In this document: positions 19,597-28,625 of the stretch, in pieces
Layout: each line of letters begins with the position of its first letter
Numbering within the stretch: position 1 is the first letter of the stretch
NCBI GenBank assembly: GCA_030765185.1
Contig: JAVCDE010000003.1
Span: forward strand, 64,038 to 128,037
Source: Candidatus Aceula meridiana
Lineage (GTDB): Bacteria > Omnitrophota > Gorgyraeia > Zapsychrales > Aceulaceae
Length of the DNA stretch: 64,000 nucleotides
Direction of reading: 5' to 3'
Notes under the pieces: model-generated
Told to the model about the DNA's origin: nothing
The model's input: only the letters and a program-made list of their open reading frames with translations
Databases searched by the model: none
Program-made: the position numbers and the translations under genes

Positions 19597-20805
19597 ATGC
19601 CAAAATTTAAATATGTTGCTAAAGATGAAAATGCAACAACTGTTACTGGTAAAGTTTCGGCAGAAAATGAAGATGCCGTTATCAAGGAACTTCGTAAACG
19701 AGATTTAATTGTTATTTCTGTTAAAGAAGCTAAAGAATTAAATTTAAAGAATTTTTCTATTGGCCCTAGTAAAGTTAAGGGTGATGATTTAGTCATTTTT
19801 GCAAGGCAACTGGCGACAATGATCGAAGCGGGTATTCCTATTCTACAAAGCCTAGAAGCGCTAGAAGAGCAGATGAGTCATCCGTACTTTAAAGGGGTTA
19901 TTGCAGCTGTTCGCGAAGATGTTTCCGTTGGAAACAGTTTGTCTGTGGCCTTTGGTAAGCATCCTGATGTTTTTGATACTCTTTTTGTTAGTATGGTTAA
20001 AGCTGGTGAAACTGGAGGTGCTTTAAACGCCCTTTTAGACCGCATCGCCGGCTACATGGAGAAAACACTTAAACTTAAGCGTAAAGTTAAATCAGCTTTG
20101 GTTTATCCTATTGTTGTTATTAGCATGGCGGTTATTATTACGTTAGTTCTTTTAATTAAAGTTGTTCCGACCTTTAAAGAAATTTATGATTCCCTAGGCC
20201 ATGAGTTGCCGGGAATGACGTTGGTCTTAATTGCGATTAGTGAAAATCTTCGTGCAGGTTTCGTATGGGTCGTTGTTCTTCTGTTTGTTTTGGGTGTTGC
20301 TTTTGCTAATTATAAAAAAACAGAATCCGGAAGCCTTTTGATTGATAAGGCGATTCTTAAGGTTCCGGTATTCGGGTCTTTAATCACGAAGGTAGCGATT
20401 AGCCGTTTTAGCCGAACATTGGCAACGTTGATTCAAAGCGGGGTTCCTATTTTGATTTCGCTTGAGATTGTTGGAAAAAGTTCTGGTAGCCGAGTCATCG
20501 AAGTTGTTTCTGAGGATGTTTGTAATCATATTCGCGAAGGAGAAAGCATCTCTGAGCCTTTGTCAAAAAGTAAGGTTTTTCCGGCTATGGTTATTCGCAT
20601 GATATCGGTTGGTGAAAAAACCGGAAAACTTGAGACCATGCTCACCAAAATTGCGGAATTTTACGAAGATCAAGTCGATGCTGCTGTTGCTGGTTTAACA
20701 AGTATGATCGAGCCTTTGATTATCGGGTTTTTAGGAATTGTCGTCGGGTTTATTGTTATTGCGCTGTTTTTACCGATTATTCGCATGTCAACAATGATTG
20801 GATAA
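19597..20805 (+). CDS. pilC: Type IV pilus inner-membrane platform protein PilC (GspF family)
   Basis: 402 aa. Two GspF repeats, each followed by TM helices. Confidence 0.9.
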   Translation: MPKFKYVAKDENATTVTGKVSAENEDAVIKELRKRDLIVISVKEAKELNLKNFSIGPSKVKGDDLVIFARQLATMIEAGIPILQSLEALEEQMSHPYFKGVIAAVREDVSVGNSLSVAFGKHPDVFDTLFVSMVKAGETGGALNALLDRIAGYMEKTLKLKRKVKSALVYPIVVISMAVIITLVLLIKVVPTFKEIYDSLGHELPGMTLVLIAISENLRAGFVWVVVLLFVLGVAFANYKKTESGSLLIDKAILKVPVFGSLITKVAISRFSRTLATLIQSGVPILISLEIVGKSSGSRVIEVVSEDVCNHIREGESISEPLSKSKVFPAMVIRMISVGEKTGKLETMLTKIAEFYEDQVDAAVAGLTSMIEPLIIGFLGIVVGFIVIALFLPIIRMSTMIG

Positions 20806-20823
20806 AAGGACACTATTATCGAT

Positions 20824-21867
20824 ATGCATTGTTTTCAAAAGAAGAGACTACTTCTGCTTTCTGTTTTCATTCTAACGGTTTTTTCTGCCAGTGAGCTCTA
20901 CGCACAATCAAGAGATTATCTTTCTATAGATGTTTTGGTGAGTAATTGGGAGAAGAATGTTTCCGAGCTTAAACAAAGCATGGAAAAACTTTCTCGCCAA
21001 AACGATGAAATTTTTTCTCAAAATGAACTTTTAGCCCAAGAAATCGATCGACTTAAGGCAGAACAGCAGGCTTTGTCTCAGGAGGGCGACACACTACTTC
21101 CTGAAAAAAATAGCTTAGAGAATTCTTTACAGACAAAAGAGGATATTATTGCTGTTTTGAAACGAGACATGAAGGCCTTAGAAGATAAGAAGGGTGCTTT
21201 TAGAGTCGGGATTCGAGATTTTCAGAATCAGGTTGAGAAAGAAGAAAAAAACGAAAAAGAGTTAAACGAAAGCATTGCTGCCTTGATGAAGGAGGTTGAG
21301 TCACTAGAAAAACAGCAATCGGCTCAGGCTAAAACGATTGACCAGGCCCTTAATAAGCAGGAAGTGAGAAAAGAGAAACTACAAGCTTCACTATCAGCAG
21401 CACAGCAAAAAGGGGCGGGTCTTGATACGCAGCTAGCTGGTCTTAAGCAAGAGATTTTATTCTCTTCAGCAAGGCTGAAATCATTAAAAAAGGAATCTCA
21501 AATTCTTCAAGCTGATCTTATTTCATTAAATGAAGATATTTCTATTGTTCTTGATAAGAAAGAGAGCTTAAAAGGAGAAAATAGAATTTTAAAAGAGAAA
21601 AAAGAAAATGTTGTTGAGCAGATTAGCGAAGAGATTCAAGCGGCACAAAATCAGAAAAATCAATTGGAGCAAACCTTAGCCCAGAAGAAGCAGGAGCTTC
21701 AAAGGCTCAACCGCGCGGCTCCCAGTGAGCGTATAAAAAATCTCCAAGACCAGTTCAAAGAACTTAAGACAGAAAATTCTTCGCTCAAAAGCCAGCTTGC
21801 TCGGCTCAAGAAAGCCCTATCGACTATCACCAAAGAAAAGCAATCTTTAGAAAATCTTTTCAAATAG
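20824..21867 (+). CDS. Hypothetical secreted coiled-coil protein
   Basis: 347 aa. Cleavable-looking signal peptide (MHCFQKKRLLLLSVFILTVFSASELYA). The rest is Q/E/K/L-rich heptad sequence with no enzymatic motifs. Confidence 0.6.
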   Translation: MHCFQKKRLLLLSVFILTVFSASELYAQSRDYLSIDVLVSNWEKNVSELKQSMEKLSRQNDEIFSQNELLAQEIDRLKAEQQALSQEGDTLLPEKNSLENSLQTKEDIIAVLKRDMKALEDKKGAFRVGIRDFQNQVEKEEKNEKELNESIAALMKEVESLEKQQSAQAKTIDQALNKQEVRKEKLQASLSAAQQKGAGLDTQLAGLKQEILFSSARLKSLKKESQILQADLISLNEDISIVLDKKESLKGENRILKEKKENVVEQISEEIQAAQNQKNQLEQTLAQKKQELQRLNRAAPSERIKNLQDQFKELKTENSSLKSQLARLKKALSTITKEKQSLENLFK

Positions 21868-21980
21868 GCCTTCCGTTGAATATCTATATAAAATTGTCAG
21901 GAATTCGCTTTAGCAGATTCTTTAAGAAAGTGCTATACTTTTAGCGAAGGGGTTGATAGTGGAATTTTAAGGAAAACCCA

Positions 21981-22009
21981 TTGACAAGTAGGGGAGGTGA
22001 GGATAAAAT
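21981..22009 (+). promoter_or_regulatory. sigma70-type promoter for pilin gene 1 (TTGACA-17-TAAAAT) giving a ~155-nt 5' UTR
   Basis: Consensus -35 TTGACA at 21981-21986, 17-nt spacer, -10 TAAAAT at 22004-22009. Strong RBS GGAAGGAGG before the ATG at 22172. Confidence 0.5.
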
Positions 22010-22171
22010 AACTTAATGGATTAAAGCTTTTAAAGCTAGAGATTCGGGTCCCTGAATCATAAGAAAGCAACCCCAGCAAAACGGCATCATTCATTTTGTT
22101 ATTCTTTCTTTCAGGAGGCCTAAAAAGGCTTTGAGATGCTTGAATCTTAATCCTGGAAGGAGGTCAGAAAA

Positions 22172-22270
22172 ATGAATAGAAAAGGTTTTACACTCGTAGA
22201 AATCATGATCGTTGTTGCTATTATCGCTTTGTTAGCAGCTATTGCTATCCCTAATCTTTTAAGGGCTAAA
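22172..22270 (+). repeat. 99-bp perfect direct repeat, copy 1 (5' end of pilin paralog 1)
   Basis: Nucleotides 22172-22270 are identical base-for-base to 22742-22840 (first 33 codons of both pilins). Identity stops abruptly at codon 34. Confidence 0.9.
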
Positions 22271-22570
22271 ATTTCTGCTAATGACGCATTAGCACAAAGC
22301 ACGCTTCGTACTGTATCCACTGCAGCAGAAACCTTCGGAACCGCCAATTCTGGAAATTATCCAACTGGTGGAGCCGACGACGCTGTTCTTGTGACAGCAA
22401 CTCCGCCTTACCTTAATCAATCGTATTGCGGAACAACCGTTTCTGGTTATACCTATTCTTGCGGCTTAGTTAGCACAGGATATACGGTTACAGCAACACC
22501 GGTTACCATTAATACAACCGGAACCACAACGTTCACCATTACAACTGGTGGCGTGTTGACAGAAGGATAA
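22172..22570 (+). CDS. pilA: Type IVa major pilin (prepilin) paralog 1
   Basis: Class III leader MNRKG|FTLVEIMIVVAIIALLAAIAIP with Glu at +5. Hydrophobic alpha1. C-terminal Cys pair (YCGTT...YSCG). Thr-rich tail. Confidence 0.9.
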   Translation: MNRKGFTLVEIMIVVAIIALLAAIAIPNLLRAKISANDALAQSTLRTVSTAAETFGTANSGNYPTGGADDAVLVTATPPYLNQSYCGTTVSGYTYSCGLVSTGYTVTATPVTINTTGTTTFTITTGGVLTEG

Positions 22571-22595
22571 TTTTTTCCTTATGCACCAATAAAAA

Positions 22596-22621
22596 GGGGA
22601 GCTTTTATAGCTCCCCTTTTT
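22596..22621 (+). terminator. Rho-independent terminator after pilin paralog 1
   Basis: GGGGAGC-TTTTATA-GCTCCCC hairpin followed by TTTTT, 25 nt after the stop. Confidence 0.8.
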
Positions 22622-22741
22622 ATATATGGTATAGATAATCTTCATGGGCTTTCAAAAAATAAAGATTTTTTCTTTTTTTCTTCTAATTCTCTTATAATAT
22701 AGGAAATGGTTATTTAACCACCATCGGAGAGCTAACATTAT

Positions 22742-22840
22742 ATGAATAGAAAAGGTTTTACACTCGTAGAAATCATGATCGTTGTTGCTATTATCGCTTT
22801 GTTAGCAGCTATTGCTATCCCTAATCTTTTAAGGGCTAAA
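22742..22840 (+). repeat. 99-bp perfect direct repeat, copy 2 (5' end of pilin paralog 2)
   Basis: Identical to 22172-22270. Confidence 0.9.
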
Positions 22841-23131
22841 TCCGCCTCGAATGAGGCTATAGCTAAAAGCAATTTAAAAACTTTAGCAACAGCTTCAGAA
22901 ACTTATTCAATGGTCACAGGAGAATATCCACTAAATGAGGCAGCTTTAAAAGCTGCTACGCCGCCGTATCTTAATTCAGCGTATTGCGATAAAACTGTTT
23001 CTGGTTACGAATATACTTGCGATTTTAAGGATGATGGATCAGGATATACGGTGGTAGCTACTCCTGTTCCAGGAGGAGTCGCAGGGACAGTAACTTTTAC
23101 GCTTTCAACCGGAGGAGTGATGTCCCCTTAG
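22742..23131 (+). CDS. pilA: Type IVa major pilin (prepilin) paralog 2
   Basis: Same 33-aa leader plus alpha1 as paralog 1, divergent globular domain. Conserved ATPPYLNxxYC and GYTVxATPV blocks. Cys pair YCDK...YTCD. Confidence 0.9.
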   Translation: MNRKGFTLVEIMIVVAIIALLAAIAIPNLLRAKSASNEAIAKSNLKTLATASETYSMVTGEYPLNEAALKAATPPYLNSAYCDKTVSGYEYTCDFKDDGSGYTVVATPVPGGVAGTVTFTLSTGGVMSP

Positions 23132-23140
23132 GGGATTTTT
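23123..23140 (+). terminator. Short hairpin terminator overlapping pilin-2 stop codon
   Basis: TCCCC-TTA-GGGGA followed by TTTTT (and a further T-rich run). The TAG stop lies in the loop. Confidence 0.5.
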
Positions 23141-23250
23141 ACTCTTTTCTTTTTTTTCTTGAACTTTTTAATTAATTATAGCGAAAAAAGATATTTCAGG
23201 TATAATAAGTTTAAATTATTATACTTAAATAAATAACAGAATTAATATAT

Positions 23251-24330
23251 ATGCATCGTTTTTTAGAGCAATATTTTGGAATCATTAAAAAGTTTCTTCC
23301 CACCCAGTCCGAAGAATCCTCTGTCGGGATTGATATTGGAGTAAGTTCATGCAAGCTTGTTGAACTTGTTGCCAGCCCACTTTCTTTGAAAGTAAAAAAT
23401 TGGGGTATTCTGCCTGTTCAAAGCGGAGATGTTGCCAGTACGATTAAAAAACTACTTGCACAAACAAACGCTAGCCCTTCTAACGTCTATACAGCACTAT
23501 CTGGGCAAGGGACATTAATCCGCTTTATTAAGATGCCGAGAATGCCTTTAAATCAACTCCGGGAATCCTTATTGCTAGAGGCGGATAAATATTTTCCCTT
23601 TTCCAAGGACCAAGTTTACATGGATTGCCATATTCTTGATGATAAACGCGGAAAAGATAATAAAATGGAAGTTTTGGTCGCTGTTGCCAAAAGAGACCTT
23701 GTTAAGCAACGGCTTGACCTGATTGAATCTCTGGGGCTTAAAGGAGGCTTTATTGGGATAAGCGCTGTTGCGCTATCTAATGCTTTTAGCAAGATTCAGA
23801 AAATTTTAGGAAGCCGCCAGGGAGCTAATTTAAAAGATGTTAACAGAACAATCGCCGTTTTAGATATCGGTGAAGTCAAAAGCAGCCTTATTATTTTTGC
23901 CGAGGGACTTCCGCGATTTACGCGGGATATTTCTTTGGGAGGAAAAGACCTGACGCAAAAAATTAGCAATGTGATGGGGATCAATTTTTCTGAAGCAGAA
24001 AAAGTGAAGTGCGGCCCGAAAGGGAAAGAAGAGGATATTATCACAGCTTGTCATTCGACGCTTCTAAGTCTGGTTTCTGAAATCCGCTTATCGTTTGATT
24101 ATTTTACTTCTGAGAATAGCCAGGAAGTTAAAGCGCTTTATTTAATGGGAAGCTCATCAAAGATTCCAAAGATTGATGATTTTTTTGTCAAAGAATTAGA
24201 TTTGGCAGTAGAAAAATGGGATTCAGCGAAGGCTTTAGAGTTTGTAGATAATGTTTCTGCGGCTGAGTTTTCCGACCAGGCTAATCAACTAGGGGTTGCT
24301 TTAGGACTATCGTTATATTCTTATGATTAA
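23251..24330 (+). CDS. pilM: Type IV pilus assembly protein PilM (actin-like)
   Basis: 359 aa. N-terminal VGIDIGVSSCKLVEL actin-fold phosphate-1 motif. Position upstream of pilNOPQ. Confidence 0.85.
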   Translation: MHRFLEQYFGIIKKFLPTQSEESSVGIDIGVSSCKLVELVASPLSLKVKNWGILPVQSGDVASTIKKLLAQTNASPSNVYTALSGQGTLIRFIKMPRMPLNQLRESLLLEADKYFPFSKDQVYMDCHILDDKRGKDNKMEVLVAVAKRDLVKQRLDLIESLGLKGGFIGISAVALSNAFSKIQKILGSRQGANLKDVNRTIAVLDIGEVKSSLIIFAEGLPRFTRDISLGGKDLTQKISNVMGINFSEAEKVKCGPKGKEEDIITACHSTLLSLVSEIRLSFDYFTSENSQEVKALYLMGSSSKIPKIDDFFVKELDLAVEKWDSAKALEFVDNVSAAEFSDQANQLGVALGLSLYSYD

Positions 24331-24928
24331 TATTAATCTTGTTCCAGAGTCGCTACAAAAAAAGAAAAAGTCTCAGTTTTTTAAGACGATTTTAAGAGAT
24401 ATTCCCCTAGAGATTGTCATTGGGGCCGCTGGAGGGATTCTTGTCTTGTTGGTGATTATGCACATTCTTTTGCAAGGAATAATTTCTGTACGATTCATTT
24501 CTCATGCTCGTTTGAGCGGCCAGTGGGCTTCTATTGCAGAGAAAAAAGGAGAAGTTGATGCCATTCTTCAAGAGCTCCAAGATTTGCGCAAAAAAATCAA
24601 TGATATTGAACAGGTAACAGTTGAAAAGCGAATTTCGTGGGCAGAAAAATTGAACTGCATTAGCGACAAAATTCCGTCTGGTGTTTGGCTGCAGAGGGTT
24701 TCTTTAGCATCAGATATTTTTTTGATCGAAGGAAGCGCAGTCTCAAGACGGCAAGATGAGATGATTAGCGTTGGTAATTTTAGTTCAAACTTAAAAAAAG
24801 AAAAAGATTTTATGAAAGGATTAGATGACATTGAGGTTAGCTCTATTCAACGCCGCATGGTGAACATTATAGAGGTTGCCGACTTTGTTATTTCTGTAAA
24901 ATTAGAAGATGAAGGATCTGACGAATAA
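24323..24928 (+). CDS. pilN: Type IV pilus assembly protein PilN
   Basis: 201 aa, bitopic, starts MININLVPE (PilN-typical). Single TM, coiled-coil, periplasmic domain. 8-nt overlap with pilM. Confidence 0.8.
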   Translation: MININLVPESLQKKKKSQFFKTILRDIPLEIVIGAAGGILVLLVIMHILLQGIISVRFISHARLSGQWASIAEKKGEVDAILQELQDLRKKINDIEQVTVEKRISWAEKLNCISDKIPSGVWLQRVSLASDIFLIEGSAVSRRQDEMISVGNFSSNLKKEKDFMKGLDDIEVSSIQRRMVNIIEVADFVISVKLEDEGSDE

Positions 24929-25505
24929 GATTTTAGCCTATTTACCGCCATTAACGCAAAAGACAAGTTATTATGTCTTAGGAGGGGCTGTTGCTTTTGC
25001 CCTTTTGTTTGACTATTTATTTGTTATGAGTTTTCAGATTAGAGCCCTAAGGTCTTTAAATCCAAAAATTGCAACATTAGGAAAAGATCTTAAAGATATA
25101 AAATATCATTTTGAGCGAGTTTCTATCTATGAGGCAGAGGCTGCGAGGCTGAGAGAAAGGTTTAGTAAGGTAAAAACTAGTATTTTAACGAGGGAAGAAA
25201 TTCCAATGATTCTTGAGAATATTTCAAGAATCGCAAGTGGGTTGGGAGTTCAGATTGATCAAATTATGCCTTTAAAGGAATCTGAAGAACAGATGCTAGA
25301 GTCCGATGAGGCGATTTATTTTGCTGTGCCTATTTTTATTAAGGCTGAAGGTGGTTATCATGCCTTTGGGAAATTCTTTAATAGAATTGAAGAAGACCAA
25401 ACTTTTATGAATATTCAAGATTTCGATATTGTTAAAAGTAGTACTCATCCACGCAAACAGATGTCAAAATTTGTTATTATTATTTTTGTTAAGGAGGAAA
25501 AATAG
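24909..25505 (+). CDS. pilO: Type IV pilus assembly protein PilO
   Basis: 198 aa, bitopic. TM then coiled-coil then periplasmic domain. Gene order pilM-N-O-P-Q. Confidence 0.7.
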   Translation: MKDLTNKILAYLPPLTQKTSYYVLGGAVAFALLFDYLFVMSFQIRALRSLNPKIATLGKDLKDIKYHFERVSIYEAEAARLRERFSKVKTSILTREEIPMILENISRIASGLGVQIDQIMPLKESEEQMLESDEAIYFAVPIFIKAEGGYHAFGKFFNRIEEDQTFMNIQDFDIVKSSTHPRKQMSKFVIIIFVKEEK

Positions 25506-25509
25506 GCTG

Positions 25510-25869
25510 ATGCATTTTAATAAGATGCTATGTTGTTTTATTTTTTGTCTTTTTGTGTTGGGTGGGCTATCCTTCGCCGAAGAGCAACCTTTTGTTTATG
25601 ATGACCATGGCCGGAGAGATCCTTTCTGGTCTTTAATCAGCCCAAGCGGAACGATTCTTAGTTATGACGTAGACCTTGATTTTTCTGATCTTACATTAGG
25701 AGGAGTCACTTATGATCCAAGAGGTAAGAGTGTGGCGATTATTAATAGTACGATTGTGAGAACTAACAAAGAAGTTGGTGGGTATAAAGTTATTGAAATT
25801 AAAAAGACTGAAGTTATTTTGCAGAAAGATGGGAAAATGTATACGCTGAGAATGCGAAAGGAGAGGTAA
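25510..25869 (+). CDS. pilP: Type IV pilus assembly lipoprotein-like protein PilP
   Basis: Small signal-peptide protein with the RDPF motif and a C-terminal beta domain. Start placed at the ATG at 25510, after the pilO stop. Confidence 0.6.
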   Translation: MHFNKMLCCFIFCLFVLGGLSFAEEQPFVYDDHGRRDPFWSLISPSGTILSYDVDLDFSDLTLGGVTYDPRGKSVAIINSTIVRTNKEVGGYKVIEIKKTEVILQKDGKMYTLRMRKER

Positions 25870-25870
25870 A

Positions 25871-27286
25871 ATGGTAAAGAAATTAATGCTCGTAATATTG
25901 GCGCTAGGCTTAGTTGTTGCTTGGGCTTATGCACAAGAGCAAAATATTGAGCCTGTTATTCAATCGCAGGATACTATGGACGTAGCTGAAAGCGATGCAC
26001 TTTGCGAAGGTTGTGTAAGTTTAGATTTTCAAGGTGCAGACATTCGAAATGTTCTGCAGATCCTTTCTTATAAAAGTGGAGTTAATATTGTCGCAGGTCC
26101 AGAGGTTACCGGTCTGGTAACAATTCAGTTGACGAATGTTCCTTGGGAAGATGCATTGGAAGTTATCTTGGGCACGTATGGTTATGGGTACGAAGAGAAG
26201 GGAAGCATCTTGACTGTTACGACAATAGAAAATTTGAAGACGCACAGAGAAGATGCGATTCTTTTGGCAGACCAAGAACCGATAACGACAAAGACATTTG
26301 TTTTAGATTATGCTAACGCATCTGAAGTCATTCCCGCGATTGAGAAAATGTTAACTTCTAAAGGAAATTTAACTTTTGATCAAAGAACGAACATTATTAT
26401 TGTTACAGATACGTCAAGTAGTGTCCGCTCGGTAGCAGAAGTTGTTGACAGGCTGGACACCACGACACCCCAAGTTCTTATTGAAGCAAAGATTATCGAA
26501 ACCTCTCTCGGCGACCAAGAGAATCTCGGTATTGATTGGTCTCTTAAGGCAACTATTTCAGGTGCTGCAAGACCAACATACTATCCTTTTACAGAGGCTA
26601 GCGAAAATAAATATATGAAAGCCGCTGGAAGCACGAGCATGGATTTCCCTGTGCCGAATGAAGATTTGTTTTCTTTTGGAACATTAGACTTTTCAGAAGT
26701 TTCGGCTGTTATGGAAATATTAAAAAACCGATCTGATACAGAAATCTTATCTAGCCCAAGCATTGTTACACTAGATAATCAAATGGCACGTATTGTGGTT
26801 GGAAATCAATATCCTCTCCCGGAATATACATATAACGAAGAGCAGGCTAAACTTCAGGTTTCAGGCTGGGAATACAAGGATATTGGAATTATTTTTGAAG
26901 TTACGCCGCATGTTAATAATATAGGTTTTGTAACGTTAAAGATCGAACCTAAAATTACAGCAATTTTAGACTATGTTCAGGTCGAGAATACAAGCGTTCC
27001 GCGCCTTAGCACAGAAGAAGCCTCAACAAAAGTTATGATCCAAGACGGTCAAACGTTGGTTATTGCAGGCCTTATTAAACATCAGTTAGTGGATACACAG
27101 AAAAAAGTGCCTCTCCTTGGGGATATTCCGCTGTTAGGATTACTTTTCCGTAAGTCTGAGAAACAATTAAACAAAAGTGAATTGTTGATCTTTATTACGC
27201 CACATATTATTACGGAAAATATTCCTGATAATGCTGGCCTCTTAAGTGAAAAAATAGACGCCCTAAAAGTCCTAAAAGTAAAGTAG
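25871..27286 (+). CDS. pilQ: Type IV pilus secretin PilQ (compact form)
   Basis: 471 aa. Signal peptide, one secretin-N (STN-like) domain (DFQGADIRNVLQILSYKSGVNIV), C-terminal secretin domain (VPLLGDIPLLGLLFR...LLIFITPHII). Confidence 0.85.
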   Translation: MVKKLMLVILALGLVVAWAYAQEQNIEPVIQSQDTMDVAESDALCEGCVSLDFQGADIRNVLQILSYKSGVNIVAGPEVTGLVTIQLTNVPWEDALEVILGTYGYGYEEKGSILTVTTIENLKTHREDAILLADQEPITTKTFVLDYANASEVIPAIEKMLTSKGNLTFDQRTNIIIVTDTSSSVRSVAEVVDRLDTTTPQVLIEAKIIETSLGDQENLGIDWSLKATISGAARPTYYPFTEASENKYMKAAGSTSMDFPVPNEDLFSFGTLDFSEVSAVMEILKNRSDTEILSSPSIVTLDNQMARIVVGNQYPLPEYTYNEEQAKLQVSGWEYKDIGIIFEVTPHVNNIGFVTLKIEPKITAILDYVQVENTSVPRLSTEEASTKVMIQDGQTLVIAGLIKHQLVDTQKKVPLLGDIPLLGLLFRKSEKQLNKSELLIFITPHIITENIPDNAGLLSEKIDALKVLKVK

Positions 27287-27294
27287 TTATTAAA

Positions 27295-28593
27295 ATGCCA
27301 AAAGAAATTTTAGTTAATATCAGAGAAGGTGAAAAGCGCGTCGCTATCATCGAAGACGGTGTCTTAGATGATTTTTATATTGAGATGGAGCGCGAAGACT
27401 TTTTACTCGGAAATATCTACAAGGGAAAAGTTGAATCAATTTTGCCGTCAATTAATGCGGCCTTTGTTAACATCGGGCAGGAAAAGAATGGATTCCTTTA
27501 TTTAACGGATGTTCTTAATCCTTTAGTGGAAGAGGAGCTGTCTGGGGCGCGTAAGTTTATTAGTCGTCTTTTAAGTGGAGAGAAAAAGCAGCTTAAAAAG
27601 AAAAAGAGGGAACCAGTTTCTTTTAAAAAAGGCGACGAGGTTCTTGTTCAGGTTGTTAAGGAGCCTTTTGCAAACAAAGGCGCACGCTTGACCACGCATG
27701 TCAGCCTTCCGGGTCGGTTCGTGGTTTTTATGCCGCATGATAAGCATCTTGGAATTTCAAAGAAGATTGAGGGCACAGATGAAAGGCAGCGCCTTAAAGA
27801 AATCTTAAAAGATATCCGCGGAGTTCGAGATGGAGGTTTTATCGTTCGTACGGTTGCTTCCAAGAAGGGAAAGCGCGAACTTATTCGTGATGCCCGTTTT
27901 CTTCTAAAAGTATGGCAAAAAATTAAGAAATCGTCAGATGACCGCAAGGCTCCAACCTTAATCTATAAGGAATATGACCTTCTTTGGAGGATTGTGCGAG
28001 ACTTTCTGCGGGAAGACGTTGATAAATTAATTGTTGATTCTCAAGAAGAATATATTAGAATAAGAAAATTTGTTAACATGCTTATTGGTCATGAAATGGT
28101 CAATAAGATTCAATTATATAAAGCAGAAATGCCCCTTTTTGATAGCAAAGATGTTTCTAAACAACTTAACAAGATTTTTGACCTGAAAGTTTTTTTAAAG
28201 TCTGGGGCTTATATTATTATTGAGCCTACTGAAGGCCTTATTGTTGTTGATGTTAACAGCGGGAGGTTTAAGGTCAATGCATCTCCGGAAGATGCGGCTT
28301 TCATGGTTAACATGGAAGCAACAGCAGAGATTGCCCGACAGCTACGTTTAAGGGACTTAGGCGGTATTATTGTTATTGATTTTATTGATATGGGAAGAGA
28401 GGGGCATAAGCGTCAGGTTGCGCAGGCTCTTCAAAAAGCCCTGGCGAAAGACCATTCTAAGACAGAAATTACACGGATTTCATCTTTAGGGTTATTAGAA
28501 ATGACCCGCGCAAGAACAGGAAAGACTATCGAATCTCGATCATTCGATCCATGTCCTTATTGCGAGGGGCGAGGCCGTGTTAAAATTGAGTAA
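27295..28593 (+). CDS. rng: Ribonuclease G/E family endoribonuclease
   Basis: 432 aa. N-terminal S1 domain, DNase-I-like catalytic region (VVDVNSG...DFIDM), Zn-link CPxCxGxG at the C-terminus. Confidence 0.85.
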   Translation: MPKEILVNIREGEKRVAIIEDGVLDDFYIEMEREDFLLGNIYKGKVESILPSINAAFVNIGQEKNGFLYLTDVLNPLVEEELSGARKFISRLLSGEKKQLKKKKREPVSFKKGDEVLVQVVKEPFANKGARLTTHVSLPGRFVVFMPHDKHLGISKKIEGTDERQRLKEILKDIRGVRDGGFIVRTVASKKGKRELIRDARFLLKVWQKIKKSSDDRKAPTLIYKEYDLLWRIVRDFLREDVDKLIVDSQEEYIRIRKFVNMLIGHEMVNKIQLYKAEMPLFDSKDVSKQLNKIFDLKVFLKSGAYIIIEPTEGLIVVDVNSGRFKVNASPEDAAFMVNMEATAEIARQLRLRDLGGIIVIDFIDMGREGHKRQVAQALQKALAKDHSKTEITRISSLGLLEMTRARTGKTIESRSFDPCPYCEGRGRVKIE

Positions 28594-28625
28594 TTCATAA
28601 AGGTTATTTAAAGGAGGAAGAAAAG

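Noticed and set aside
22090-22150. sigma54 (-24 GG / -12 GC) promoter upstream of pilin 1, as is common for pilA
   Set aside because: The best candidates (GGCTTTGAGATGCTTG, GGCATCATTCATTTTG) have wrong spacing or lack the TTGC -12 element. A consensus sigma70 promoter is present further upstream instead.
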